Shown here piece after piece: positions 56,310 through 64,000 of a DNA stretch of 64,000 nucleotides. Positions within the stretch are counted from its first letter, which is position 1, and every line of letters starts with the position of its first letter. The translations under genes and the position numbers were made by a program. Origin of the DNA: an uncultured Pseudomonadota bacterium. GTDB taxonomy: Bacteria > Myxococcota_A > UBA796 > SXON01. Location: the NCBI GenBank assembly GCA_903900265.1, contig CAIUMM010000015.1:4036-68035 (forward strand), read 5' to 3'. The notes below the pieces were generated by a model, which saw only the letters and a program-made list of their open reading frames with translations, searched no databases and had not been told where the DNA came from.

Positions 56310-58988
56310 ATGACGCGCCTGCTGCTCTCCCCTTCTTATTTGCTCTCGGTTTTGGCCGTCTTGACGGTCGGTTGCACAGACAAGGGCAGCACCGACGATA
56401 CCGCGCCGAGCTCCGATCAGGACGCGGACGGCTACACGGCGAGCGAAGGGGACTGCGATGACAGCGATGCGTCGGTAAACCCCGCCGCGCCTGAGGTATG
56501 GTACGACGGCGTAGACCAGAATTGCGATGGTGCGAACGACAACGATCAGGATGGCGACACTGTAGAGGTGGACTCCGACTGTGATGACACCAACGCCGCG
56601 ATCAACCCCGACGCCTCCGAGGTCTGCGACGGCTTCGACAACAACTGTGACGGTGTCGTCGATGAAGGTTCGGGCGTGTTGGGCTGGGCCGACATGGACA
56701 ACGATGGCTACGGGGACGCGACCGCGCCGGTGACGACCTGCGGCGGCGACGACCCGCTGATCGTCGACAACGACGACGACTGCGACGACGCCAACGCCGA
56801 CATCCATCCCGGTGCGGTCGAAGACTGCGCGGACACCTTCGATAAGAACTGCGACGGCTCCTTCGGGACCATGGACAACGACGGCGACGGGGTCCTCGCG
56901 TGCGAGGAGTGCGATGACCGGGAAGCTTCGGTTTACCCGGGCGCGCCCGAGGTCTGTGACTTCCTGGACAACGACTGTGACGGTGCCGTTGACGTCGACG
57001 CGACCGACGCCACGTCTTGGTACGCCGATCAGGACGGCGACGGCTATGGGGTAGAAGACGACGTTCTCGCCGCCTGCGAGCAACCCGAAGGGTACGCGCC
57101 GTTCGACGGCGACTGTGATGACACGAATGCGGCGTACAATCCCGGGATCGTCGAGGATTGCTCCTCCACCGAAGACTTGAATTGCGACGGCTCGCTCGCC
57201 TACGAGGACGCCGACAGCGACGGTTTCGTAGCCTGCGAAGAGTGTGATGATGCGGATGCCACCGCCTTCCCCGGCGGGGTTGAGGTCTGCGACGGCGCCG
57301 ACAACGACTGCAACGGTCTCCCGGACGACGATGCCACCGACGCGAGCACGTTCTACGCGGACGCCGATGGTGACCACTACGGCTCCGAAGCTTCGCCGGT
57401 CGAAAGCTGTACGATCCCGTCTGGCTATGTCGAAAACGCGGACGATTGTGCGGACGATGCGTACGCGATCAACCCGGACGCTTACGACATCTGTGACCGC
57501 GTGGACAACGATTGCGATGGCGCTGTCGACGGTGATGCAAGCTATTACAGCACGTACTACGCCGATTTGGACTCCGATCTTTATGGAGATCCGACCAACG
57601 GATTGACCCAGTGCTTTGCGGACGCCGGCTACGTGACCGATGCCCGCGACTGTGACGACTCCGACAGTCTGATCAACCCCGATGGCACCGAGAGCTGTGA
57701 CGGCGCGGACAATGACTGCGACGGGACCGTAGACCTCGGCGCGGTCGACGAGACCGCTTGGTACGTGGACGGCGACTCGGACGGGGCCGGGGCTGGCGCC
57801 GCGACCATGGCGTGTGATGCCCCGGTTGGTACTTCGGCTACGGATGACGACTGCGATGACGGCGACAACAGCGCGTTCCCCGGTGCGCTTGAGACCTGCG
57901 ACGAGGTGGACAACGACTGCAACGGGCTGGTGGACGACTCCGCGATCGACGTGGGCACCTACTACTTGGACGCAGATGGCGACACCTTCGGCGACCTTGC
58001 GGTCTCGGTCTCGGTGTGTGGGGATGCGCCTGCGGGCTACGTCGCGGACTACACGGACTGCGACGATGACAGCAGCGCGGCCCATCCCGGCTTGACCGAG
58101 ACGTGTGACGGCCTCGACAATGACTGCGATGGCAGCACCGATGAGTTCGGGGCGACCGGAGAGTCCACGTTCTACGCGGACTCTGACGGCGATACGTATG
58201 GCGATGTATCCAGCACCATCTCCGCGTGTTCCGCTCCCGCTGGCTACGTCGTTAACACCACCGACTGCGACGACAGCGCGTCGACCGTCAACCCGGGCGC
58301 TGCTGAGACCGACAACCTCGTGGACGATGACTGCGACAAGTGGGTGGATGAAGACTTCGTGAGCTCCGGTGACATCATCGTCACCGAGATCACGCGGCAG
58401 GCCTACGTGGGGGGAACCAGCATCAACTCCAACGGCCAATGGTTCGAGGTCTACAACACCTCGAGCCGTACGGTGGATTTGTCCTATTGGTACATTCTGC
58501 GTACCAGCGGGGCGACCAGCGTCGACGCCTACTTTGTAGACCCCGCGGACGGCGTGACCGTGGCTCCCGGCGACTACGCGGTGTTCTGCAAGACCGACAA
58601 CTACGAGTCCGGATCGGGGGTCGGCTACCCGCTGGCCTGCGACTATATCTGGGGCGATGAAACCCAGAGCGGTTCGTACTCCGGCACCTACCACGACAAC
58701 ACCTTCAACCTCCAGCGCGACCTCGACCGCCTCGCGATGTTTGTCGAAGGCGGCTCCTCCACCGGGCGGTTGATCGACGACGTCACCTGGACCTACAGCT
58801 CGACCTCCGGCTACTGGCCGCGCGACGCGACCCGCTCGATGAGCTTGGATCCCGCCTTCCTCGATGGATCCTCCAACAACTCCCTCGCGAATTGGTGCTC
58901 GACGACGAATTCGGCCACCTACCAGTGGTGGGACGGCACGTACGACGATTACGGCAGCCCGGGCGGGGCCAACTACAACTGTCCGTAA
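56310..58988 (+). CDS. Large lipoprotein: about 11 Cys-rich MopE-type putative metal-binding repeats + C-terminal lamin-tail domain (LTD)
   Basis: MTRLLLSPSYLLSVLAVLTVGC lipobox. The repeated unit is Y.D.DGDG.G....C....GY.....DCDD.....PGA.E.CDG.DNDCDG. The C-terminal IIVTEITRQAYVGGTSINSNGQWFEVYNTSSRTVDLSYWYI...GDYAVFC resembles an LTD. Confidence 0.88.
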   Translation: MTRLLLSPSYLLSVLAVLTVGCTDKGSTDDTAPSSDQDADGYTASEGDCDDSDASVNPAAPEVWYDGVDQNCDGANDNDQDGDTVEVDSDCDDTNAAINPDASEVCDGFDNNCDGVVDEGSGVLGWADMDNDGYGDATAPVTTCGGDDPLIVDNDDDCDDANADIHPGAVEDCADTFDKNCDGSFGTMDNDGDGVLACEECDDREASVYPGAPEVCDFLDNDCDGAVDVDATDATSWYADQDGDGYGVEDDVLAACEQPEGYAPFDGDCDDTNAAYNPGIVEDCSSTEDLNCDGSLAYEDADSDGFVACEECDDADATAFPGGVEVCDGADNDCNGLPDDDATDASTFYADADGDHYGSEASPVESCTIPSGYVENADDCADDAYAINPDAYDICDRVDNDCDGAVDGDASYYSTYYADLDSDLYGDPTNGLTQCFADAGYVTDARDCDDSDSLINPDGTESCDGADNDCDGTVDLGAVDETAWYVDGDSDGAGAGAATMACDAPVGTSATDDDCDDGDNSAFPGALETCDEVDNDCNGLVDDSAIDVGTYYLDADGDTFGDLAVSVSVCGDAPAGYVADYTDCDDDSSAAHPGLTETCDGLDNDCDGSTDEFGATGESTFYADSDGDTYGDVSSTISACSAPAGYVVNTTDCDDSASTVNPGAAETDNLVDDDCDKWVDEDFVSSGDIIVTEITRQAYVGGTSINSNGQWFEVYNTSSRTVDLSYWYILRTSGATSVDAYFVDPADGVTVAPGDYAVFCKTDNYESGSGVGYPLACDYIWGDETQSGSYSGTYHDNTFNLQRDLDRLAMFVEGGSSTGRLIDDVTWTYSSTSGYWPRDATRSMSLDPAFLDGSSNNSLANWCSTTNSATYQWWDGTYDDYGSPGGANYNCP

Positions 58989-59041
58989 CGGGTCTGGCGT
59001 CGGCGGTGGCGGCATGATCCCCGCCGGACTACCGGGGGCGC

Positions 59042-60469
59042 ATGCTTGTTTCGCTGGTGTGGATCGCTCTGGCTCGCGCTGCTGGCTCTTCCGCAGACAT
59101 TGAGCTTGTCAACCCAAGCTTTGGGCAGGGCGCGCTCCCGGGCGTGGATGGCTCTTGGGCTGGGCTCCCGGGCAGCGTTCGTGCGGGGATGCTCGCGCAA
59201 TACGCGATGGATCCGTTGGTTTACCGCGAGGGCGACGTCGAGATTGGCGCTGCGGTCGGCGCGCGGCTGACGGGGCAGCTCGGTGTCTCTTGGGACATCT
59301 CCCGGCGGGTCGGTGCCTACGCGTTCCTCCCCGTTGCCACTCAATGGGGCGCAGCGGATGTGCAGTCTGCGGCGGTCGGCACAGGCTTAGGCGACCTCGG
59401 CGCGGGCTTGAAGGTGATCGTGTTTGCGCCGCGGGGTCCGCACTGGGACGCCGGCTTGGCGCTGCGCGGCGATGTGCGGCTCCCGAGCGGCACCGCGAAC
59501 GCCTGGCTGGGCGAGGACGCGCTGCGCGGCTCCTTTGGCCCGGGCTTCAGCGTGTCGGTGGGGCGGCTCGATGTGCTCACCGGGGTAGCGGTGAACGGGC
59601 GGCGGGTGGTGCAGACCGCCGATGATCTGACCTTTGGGGCCGAGCTCTCGGCCGATGCGGGCGTGCGGGTCAAGGTGATTCCCGCTCGCTTTTCCGTGTA
59701 CGTCGCCGCGGTGGGCCGAATGGGGGTCTCTCCGGATGCAAACACGGGTTCCATGCCTGCCGAGGCGCTGCTCGGCGTGCAGTGGTCACCGGTCGACGCC
59801 CTGAGCATCGACATCGGAGCCGGCCGCGGATTGACCGCCGGCTACGGCAGCGACCGCTTTCGGGGCGTGCTCGGCCTGACCTACCGGCATGTGCCGTCCG
59901 CGGACGTGCTGGTGGAGGCGGATCCGGAGCGACGACGTTTGGTATTGCCCGACGACGACTTGTTCGAGGCTGCGGACAAGCCGGATGTGGTGGTCGCGCC
60001 GGCGCCTTCCGCAGAGCCGACCTGGGAGCGCGGGGAGCTCGCCCGGGTCGAGAAGACTCAGATCGTGATCCGTGACCCGATCCAGTTTGAGAAAGCGACC
60101 GCGGTGATCCTCCCCAGTTCGCGCCCGATGCTGGACGCGATCGCGCAGCGGCTCACTGAGCACGCCGAGATCTTGCAGGTCGTTATTGAAGGACACTCCA
60201 GCGAAGAAGGTGATTTTGCCTTCAACTACGACCTCTCGATGATCCGCGCGACGGCGGTGTGCAAGGCGCTCGTCGAGGCGGGCGTCGACGCCCAGCGACT
60301 CTCGATTCGGGGCTTAGGCGAGGTTGTACCGGTCAGCGGGGACGCCGCCGCGAATCGTCGTGTGGTGTTTCACATCGTGGAGCGGGCGCAGGGCGTGCCC
60401 ACGGGGGTACCCACGACGCCGGTGCCATGGACGGGCGCTCAGCGCGCTGCTCCCGGAGGAAACAAGTGA
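59042..60469 (+). CDS. OmpA-family outer-membrane protein (N-terminal beta-barrel-like + C-terminal OmpA peptidoglycan-binding domain)
   Basis: Signal MLVSLVWIALARAAG. The C-terminal QFEKATAVILPSSRPMLDAIAQRLTEHAEILQVVIEGHSSEEGDFAFNYDLSMIRATAVCKALVEAGV...RRVVFHIV matches an OmpA_C domain. Confidence 0.88.
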   Translation: MLVSLVWIALARAAGSSADIELVNPSFGQGALPGVDGSWAGLPGSVRAGMLAQYAMDPLVYREGDVEIGAAVGARLTGQLGVSWDISRRVGAYAFLPVATQWGAADVQSAAVGTGLGDLGAGLKVIVFAPRGPHWDAGLALRGDVRLPSGTANAWLGEDALRGSFGPGFSVSVGRLDVLTGVAVNGRRVVQTADDLTFGAELSADAGVRVKVIPARFSVYVAAVGRMGVSPDANTGSMPAEALLGVQWSPVDALSIDIGAGRGLTAGYGSDRFRGVLGLTYRHVPSADVLVEADPERRRLVLPDDDLFEAADKPDVVVAPAPSAEPTWERGELARVEKTQIVIRDPIQFEKATAVILPSSRPMLDAIAQRLTEHAEILQVVIEGHSSEEGDFAFNYDLSMIRATAVCKALVEAGVDAQRLSIRGLGEVVPVSGDAAANRRVVFHIVERAQGVPTGVPTTPVPWTGAQRAAPGGNK

Positions 60470-61695
60470 GCCTACTCTCGTTGATCCCGCTGTTTCTACT
60501 TGCCAAGCTCGTCGGCGCCTCGCACGCGGCCGAGTGTCGCAACATGCTGTCCCAAGACCTCAACTGCAACACCGTCGACGCCAGCGTCGAGCTTCCGGTG
60601 GACCTTTCGGATCCGGTCTGTGCCGCGCTCGGGTTCACGAACGGCGACTGGTACTATGACTACTTTGCGTTCGGCTGCGCCTACCCGGTCGATGGCTACG
60701 ACGCCGACGGCGACGGGTTCTCCAACGGAACGCTGATCTTTCCGGAGGGGTCCACGGATCCCGATCTCGTGGTCTTGTTGGGCTGCGACAATTGCCCGAC
60801 GGTGCCGAACGCCGAGCAGGTGGACGCGGACTGTGACGATGTCGGCGACGCCTGCGACAACTGTCCCTCCACCGAGAACCTCGATCAGGCCGACGGCGAC
60901 GGCGATGGGCTTGGAGACGCTTGCGACGACTGCGCGCTGGTCAGCGACGCCGATCAGGCCGACAGCGACGGCGACGGCGCTGGGGACGCCTGCGACAATT
61001 GCGCGGGGTTGTTGAACCCCACTCAGGCTGACAGCGATCAGGACGGCGCGGGCGATGACTGCGACAACTGCCGCAACGTACAGAACGCCGATCAGGCCGA
61101 CGGCGACGGCGATGGCTTAGGCGACGTGTGTGACGATTGCCCCGCCGACGCCGCGCGCGAAGAGGGCACGGAGGCCGACGCCGACTCCGACGGCGTAGGC
61201 GACGCCTGCGACAACTGCATCGCGCTCTTCAACGTCGACCAGTCCGATGTCGACGGCGATGGTCTCGGCGACATCTGTGATCTGTGCCCCGACTCCTCCG
61301 ATCCTGAGGACGCAGATCAGGACGGCGACGGGCTCGGCGATGCCTGCGACTCCTGCGTCACGGTCATCAACCGCGATCAGCGCGACAGCGATCAGGACGG
61401 CGCAGGCGATGTGTGCGACACCTGTGCGGAGATCGCGAACCCCGATCAGGCGGACGGCGACGGCGACGGCGTGGGCGACGCCTGCGATGTGTGCCCGACG
61501 GTGACCGATCCGGAGCAGGCCGACCAGGACGGCGACGGCTTGGGCGATGCCTGTGACCGCGGGGCCCTTCGTGGCGGCGGTTGCGGGTGTGCGGCGGGGG
61601 ACGCGGAGCTCGGATCCGGCGCGCTCGGATCCGGCGCGCTGCTGCTTGTGGCTGCCGCGCTCCCGATGATGCGGCGTAGGCGGAGCCGCGGATGA
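60466..61695 (+). CDS. Thrombospondin type-3 repeat protein with MYXO-CTERM-type sorting tail
   Basis: GTG start with a GTGA overlap and GGAGGA upstream. About 11 DxDxDGxGDxCDxC repeats. The C-terminus RGGGCGCAAGDAELGSGALGSGALLLVAAALPMMRRRRSRG has a Gly-Cys, hydrophobic helix and Arg cluster. Confidence 0.85.
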   Translation: MSLLSLIPLFLLAKLVGASHAAECRNMLSQDLNCNTVDASVELPVDLSDPVCAALGFTNGDWYYDYFAFGCAYPVDGYDADGDGFSNGTLIFPEGSTDPDLVVLLGCDNCPTVPNAEQVDADCDDVGDACDNCPSTENLDQADGDGDGLGDACDDCALVSDADQADSDGDGAGDACDNCAGLLNPTQADSDQDGAGDDCDNCRNVQNADQADGDGDGLGDVCDDCPADAAREEGTEADADSDGVGDACDNCIALFNVDQSDVDGDGLGDICDLCPDSSDPEDADQDGDGLGDACDSCVTVINRDQRDSDQDGAGDVCDTCAEIANPDQADGDGDGVGDACDVCPTVTDPEQADQDGDGLGDACDRGALRGGGCGCAAGDAELGSGALGSGALLLVAAALPMMRRRRSRG

Positions 61696-62999
61696 GCCCG
61701 CTCCTGCTTGGGATGCTGCTCGGACCGCTCTTCGGGGCTCCCGATGCGCGCGCTGAGGCGCCGTCCTGGGAGCGGCTGCGAGTTGCGTTGGATTGTCAAT
61801 CACAGCAACGTGTGGACCTGTGTACCTATGTCCGTGGGACATTGGATGGTCTGACCGTCGTGTCTGTCGTCCCCCTCAGTCAAGCCCAGGTCGTGCTCCA
61901 CCTCAACGCGACCTCGGAGGCCAACACCGACTTCGTGCAGCTGCGCGCCGTCGCGGATGGAGCGAGCGGTGGGCTGTCCCTTTCCGGCGCGCCGGGGTGG
62001 TTTGAGCAGCGGGTGGACGTGGACTACCGGCTCCCGGTGGACGAGCAGCGGTCCCATCTGGAGGCGCCGCTTTTCCGGGTGCTCGCTCCCTATCTGTGCG
62101 TTGTCGTGCCGGACGCCGTGCGTGTCGCCGTCTCGCCGCCGGAAGGGGCACCAGCCGCGGCTACGCGCACCTCGCCGTGGGGATTTTCGGTGTGGGGCGG
62201 CGGCATGGGGATGTGGTCCCACAGCTACCGCAACCTCAGCGTCTGGACCGGCGCGTCGCTTTCCCGAAAAACCAACCAGAGCGCCCAGTCGATGTGGGTG
62301 AACTACGACCGCAGCATCACGCTACAACCTTCGTTGATCGTCGGATCCACCGAGGTGGAGCTGGCTTCGGACTCCAGCTCGGTGGTGGGGGCGATGACCG
62401 CGAGCTGGAACCTCGGCCCGCATTGGAGCGTCGGCGGCCTGCTGCGCGGCGGCCATGAAGACCCCGAGGGGCAATACTTAGGGACCGGTCGCGCCCACGT
62501 CGGCGTGGAGTACAACCTGTTTCCGTCCGACGATCCGCGCGGCAACGTGCTCGCGGTCGCGTGGTTGGTCGGCGGGCAAGGTGACTGGTACAATCAGGTC
62601 AATACGCTCGGACAAGCGTCCGCGATCTTCCCCAGCCAGATGCTCGTCGGCACCGGGTCGATGCGCGTAGACACGGTCTCGTTTACCGTCGACCTTTCCG
62701 CGCGCTCCCAGATCGTGCCCTTCCTGCAGCGCTACGTGCTGGGGGCCTCGCTCGAGACTGAGCTCACGCTGGGCGACCACGTGGACCTCTCGCTGGAATT
62801 CGAGGCCACCCAGCAAGCGATCCCTGGCCCGGCTTCCATCGACGCGTCCAGCTACGAGGAGGTCACCCGTGCCTCCTACGCGCAGCCGCTGGAGATGAAC
62901 GGCTACCTGACGCTGCGCTTCCACTGGGACAACACCAACAGCGCCCGCAACAACCGGTTCGACAACGTCGAGAACGTCGAGACGACAGGCGGCTTGTAG
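61692..62999 (+). CDS. Secreted hypothetical protein (possibly outer-membrane beta-barrel)
   Basis: 435 aa with an ATGA overlap with the upstream gene and a signal-like MSPLLLGMLLGPLFGAPDARA. The C-terminal two-thirds have an alternating beta-strand-like pattern. No known motif. Confidence 0.7.
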   Translation: MSPLLLGMLLGPLFGAPDARAEAPSWERLRVALDCQSQQRVDLCTYVRGTLDGLTVVSVVPLSQAQVVLHLNATSEANTDFVQLRAVADGASGGLSLSGAPGWFEQRVDVDYRLPVDEQRSHLEAPLFRVLAPYLCVVVPDAVRVAVSPPEGAPAAATRTSPWGFSVWGGGMGMWSHSYRNLSVWTGASLSRKTNQSAQSMWVNYDRSITLQPSLIVGSTEVELASDSSSVVGAMTASWNLGPHWSVGGLLRGGHEDPEGQYLGTGRAHVGVEYNLFPSDDPRGNVLAVAWLVGGQGDWYNQVNTLGQASAIFPSQMLVGTGSMRVDTVSFTVDLSARSQIVPFLQRYVLGASLETELTLGDHVDLSLEFEATQQAIPGPASIDASSYEEVTRASYAQPLEMNGYLTLRFHWDNTNSARNNRFDNVENVETTGGL

Positions 63000-63016
63000 G
63001 TCGGCGGCGGGGCCGC

Positions 63017-63979
63017 TCAGCGGTAGTAGAGCGCCCCAGTGCAGCGACGATTTGTCGTCGTGAGCGACTGCTCGAGGAAGTCGCAGCCGACGTCATCGGT
63101 CGCGTTGTCGGTGCCGCCAGCGAACGCCGTCTGGCCGTAGCCGCCGTCGTCGTCGAGGTTGAACGAACGTACGGTGCCGTAGGGCCCGTTCGCGTCCTGA
63201 TACCAGAAGTTGCGGCAATCACCGTCCGAGTCGATCTCGTTGTCGGCGTCACAGGCGTAGGGATTGGTGAGCGTTCGGCTGACGGCGCTCTGGCGCACCG
63301 GGTTCCAGGCGTCGAGGTGAAGATCCAGCTCGTAGGAGGACTGCTGGAGCTTCACAAAGGCGTTGTAGGCGCGTAGGCTGGTGCGGTTACTGGGGTCGAA
63401 GGTCCAGGTGGCCCAGTCGGTGCCGTCGAACGCGCGGAGCTCGTTGACGCTTGCGTCGGGGATGTGCGCAAAGCACGACTTTGCTGTGGTGCTGCAGTCG
63501 GCGAGGTCGCTGCCCAGCACGTCGCTCACCGTGCTCCAGTCTACGCTGCGATCGGCCAGAAACCACCACCACAGCGTCCAACCACCGCCGTCGGTGTCCA
63601 TGTCGCAGATGACGTCAAAGGGCGGCTTTCCAGCGGGACCGTCCGGATCGATGGTGTAGACGCCCGACATCGCCGAGGGCTCACGGGCCAGCAGATCGGC
63701 GCAGCTGGTCGGGTCGGTGGGAGGCGGCGGGGCCGTGTCGGTGTCGGCATCCGCGTCGGTGTCCGCGTCGGTGTCCGCGTCGGTGTCCGCGTCGGTATCG
63801 GTATCCGATTCGGCGTCGGTGTCGGCATCCGAGTCCGCATCGGTGTCGGCGTCCGCGTCGGGACGCGGCCGGCCGGTGTCCTCCCCCAGCTTGATGCTGG
63901 ACGGGGCGCAGCCGAGCGCCAACGGGAGCAGGACGGGGAGCAGGGTCGAGAGCGAGGGTCGGAGACGCGCGAGGTGCAT
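63017..63979 (-). CDS. Lipoprotein with Asp/Thr/Ala-rich linker and fibrinogen-related (FReD-like) domain
   Basis: LLPLALGC lipobox followed by a [41 protein letters not shown] linker. CADLL...[10 protein letters not shown]....[18 protein letters not shown] matches the conserved N-terminal core of fibrinogen C-terminal domains. Confidence 0.85.
   Translation of the reverse strand: MHLARLRPSLSTLLPVLLPLALGCAPSSIKLGEDTGRPRPDADADTDADSDADTDAESDTDTDADTDADTDADTDADADTDTAPPPPTDPTSCADLLAREPSAMSGVYTIDPDGPAGKPPFDVICDMDTDGGGWTLWWWFLADRSVDWSTVSDVLGSDLADCSTTAKSCFAHIPDASVNELRAFDGTDWATWTFDPSNRTSLRAYNAFVKLQQSSYELDLHLDAWNPVRQSAVSRTLTNPYACDADNEIDSDGDCRNFWYQDANGPYGTVRSFNLDDDGGYGQTAFAGGTDNATDDVGCDFLEQSLTTTNRRCTGALYYR
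63735..63860. repeat. Imperfect 6/12-bp tandem repeat array (gtcggtgtccgc x3 perfect at 63755-63790) encoding the acidic linker
   Basis: Read directly from the sequence. It is related in composition to the 13949-14008 array on the opposite coding strand. Confidence 0.9.
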
Positions 63980-64000
63980 GATGGGCCCGTTGGTGCCTCA

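Noticed and set aside
56196-59015. 939-aa minus-strand ORF covering the whole Cys-rich-repeat lipoprotein gene.
   Set aside because: It is antisense to a gene with a clear lipobox, 11 structured repeats and an LTD. The antisense translation is Val/Arg/Gly-rich with no signal or motif.

Overview
Visibly GC-rich (roughly two-thirds G+C by eye, not computed), densely coding bacterial chromosomal segment with about 57 protein genes. No rRNA, tRNA, CRISPR array, integrase or transposase was recognised. Lineage is an inference: Myxococcota-like, based on one MYXO-CTERM-type tail, many lipobox lipoproteins with Asp/Thr-rich linkers, MopE-type Cys-rich repeats, and FG-GAP and thrombospondin-type-3 repeat proteins. 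Layout: (1) 1-7000 holds the 3' part of an RND efflux permease. It is followed by a small accessory islet: a Zn-ribbon/RHH protein, a truncated ATP-grasp gene, a decayed second copy of the RND 3' end, an HTH-PIN toxin-antitoxin pair, a MITE-like repeat and hypothetical genes. (2) 7000-11300 holds lipoproteins, a CotH-family protein and a hypothetical protein. (3) 11363-20685 is the most interesting locus. A clear cobalamin riboswitch leads a six-gene operon: TonB-dependent receptor, three lipoproteins (two beta-propeller-like), a membrane protein with a large periplasmic domain, and a fused ABC-ATPase x2 + EcfT/CbiQ-like polypeptide. I read this as a hybrid, apparently undescribed corrinoid uptake system. 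(4) 20700-39100 is mostly housekeeping: Nudix-like, NifU-like, DUF1704, a fused 2Fe-2S/molybdopterin oxidoreductase, lpdA, DUF1015, RluA, ferredoxin, def, XPB helicase and SDR. It also holds an operon coupling a receptor-like Ser/Thr pseudokinase to a PEP-utilising (RPH/PpsA-like) phosphotransferase. (5) 39191-45240 is a five-gene translationally coupled minus-strand operon: FG-GAP lipoprotein, LbH protein, GT2, TPR-like protein and radical SAM. (6) 45300-56300 holds metabolism and cell-envelope genes: aminotransferase, rhodanese, rml-like sugar genes, fdhD, methyltransferases, PepP, rlmN and a CDP-alcohol phosphatidyltransferase. (7) 56310-63979 is a cell-surface cluster: an 11x Cys-rich-repeat + lamin-tail lipoprotein, OmpA, a TSP3-repeat MYXO-CTERM protein, a secreted hypothetical and a fibrinogen-related-domain lipoprotein. 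Most long antisense or out-of-frame ORFs in the track are GC-driven shadows and were not called. All functional calls come from motif reading of the supplied translations; no database search was possible.
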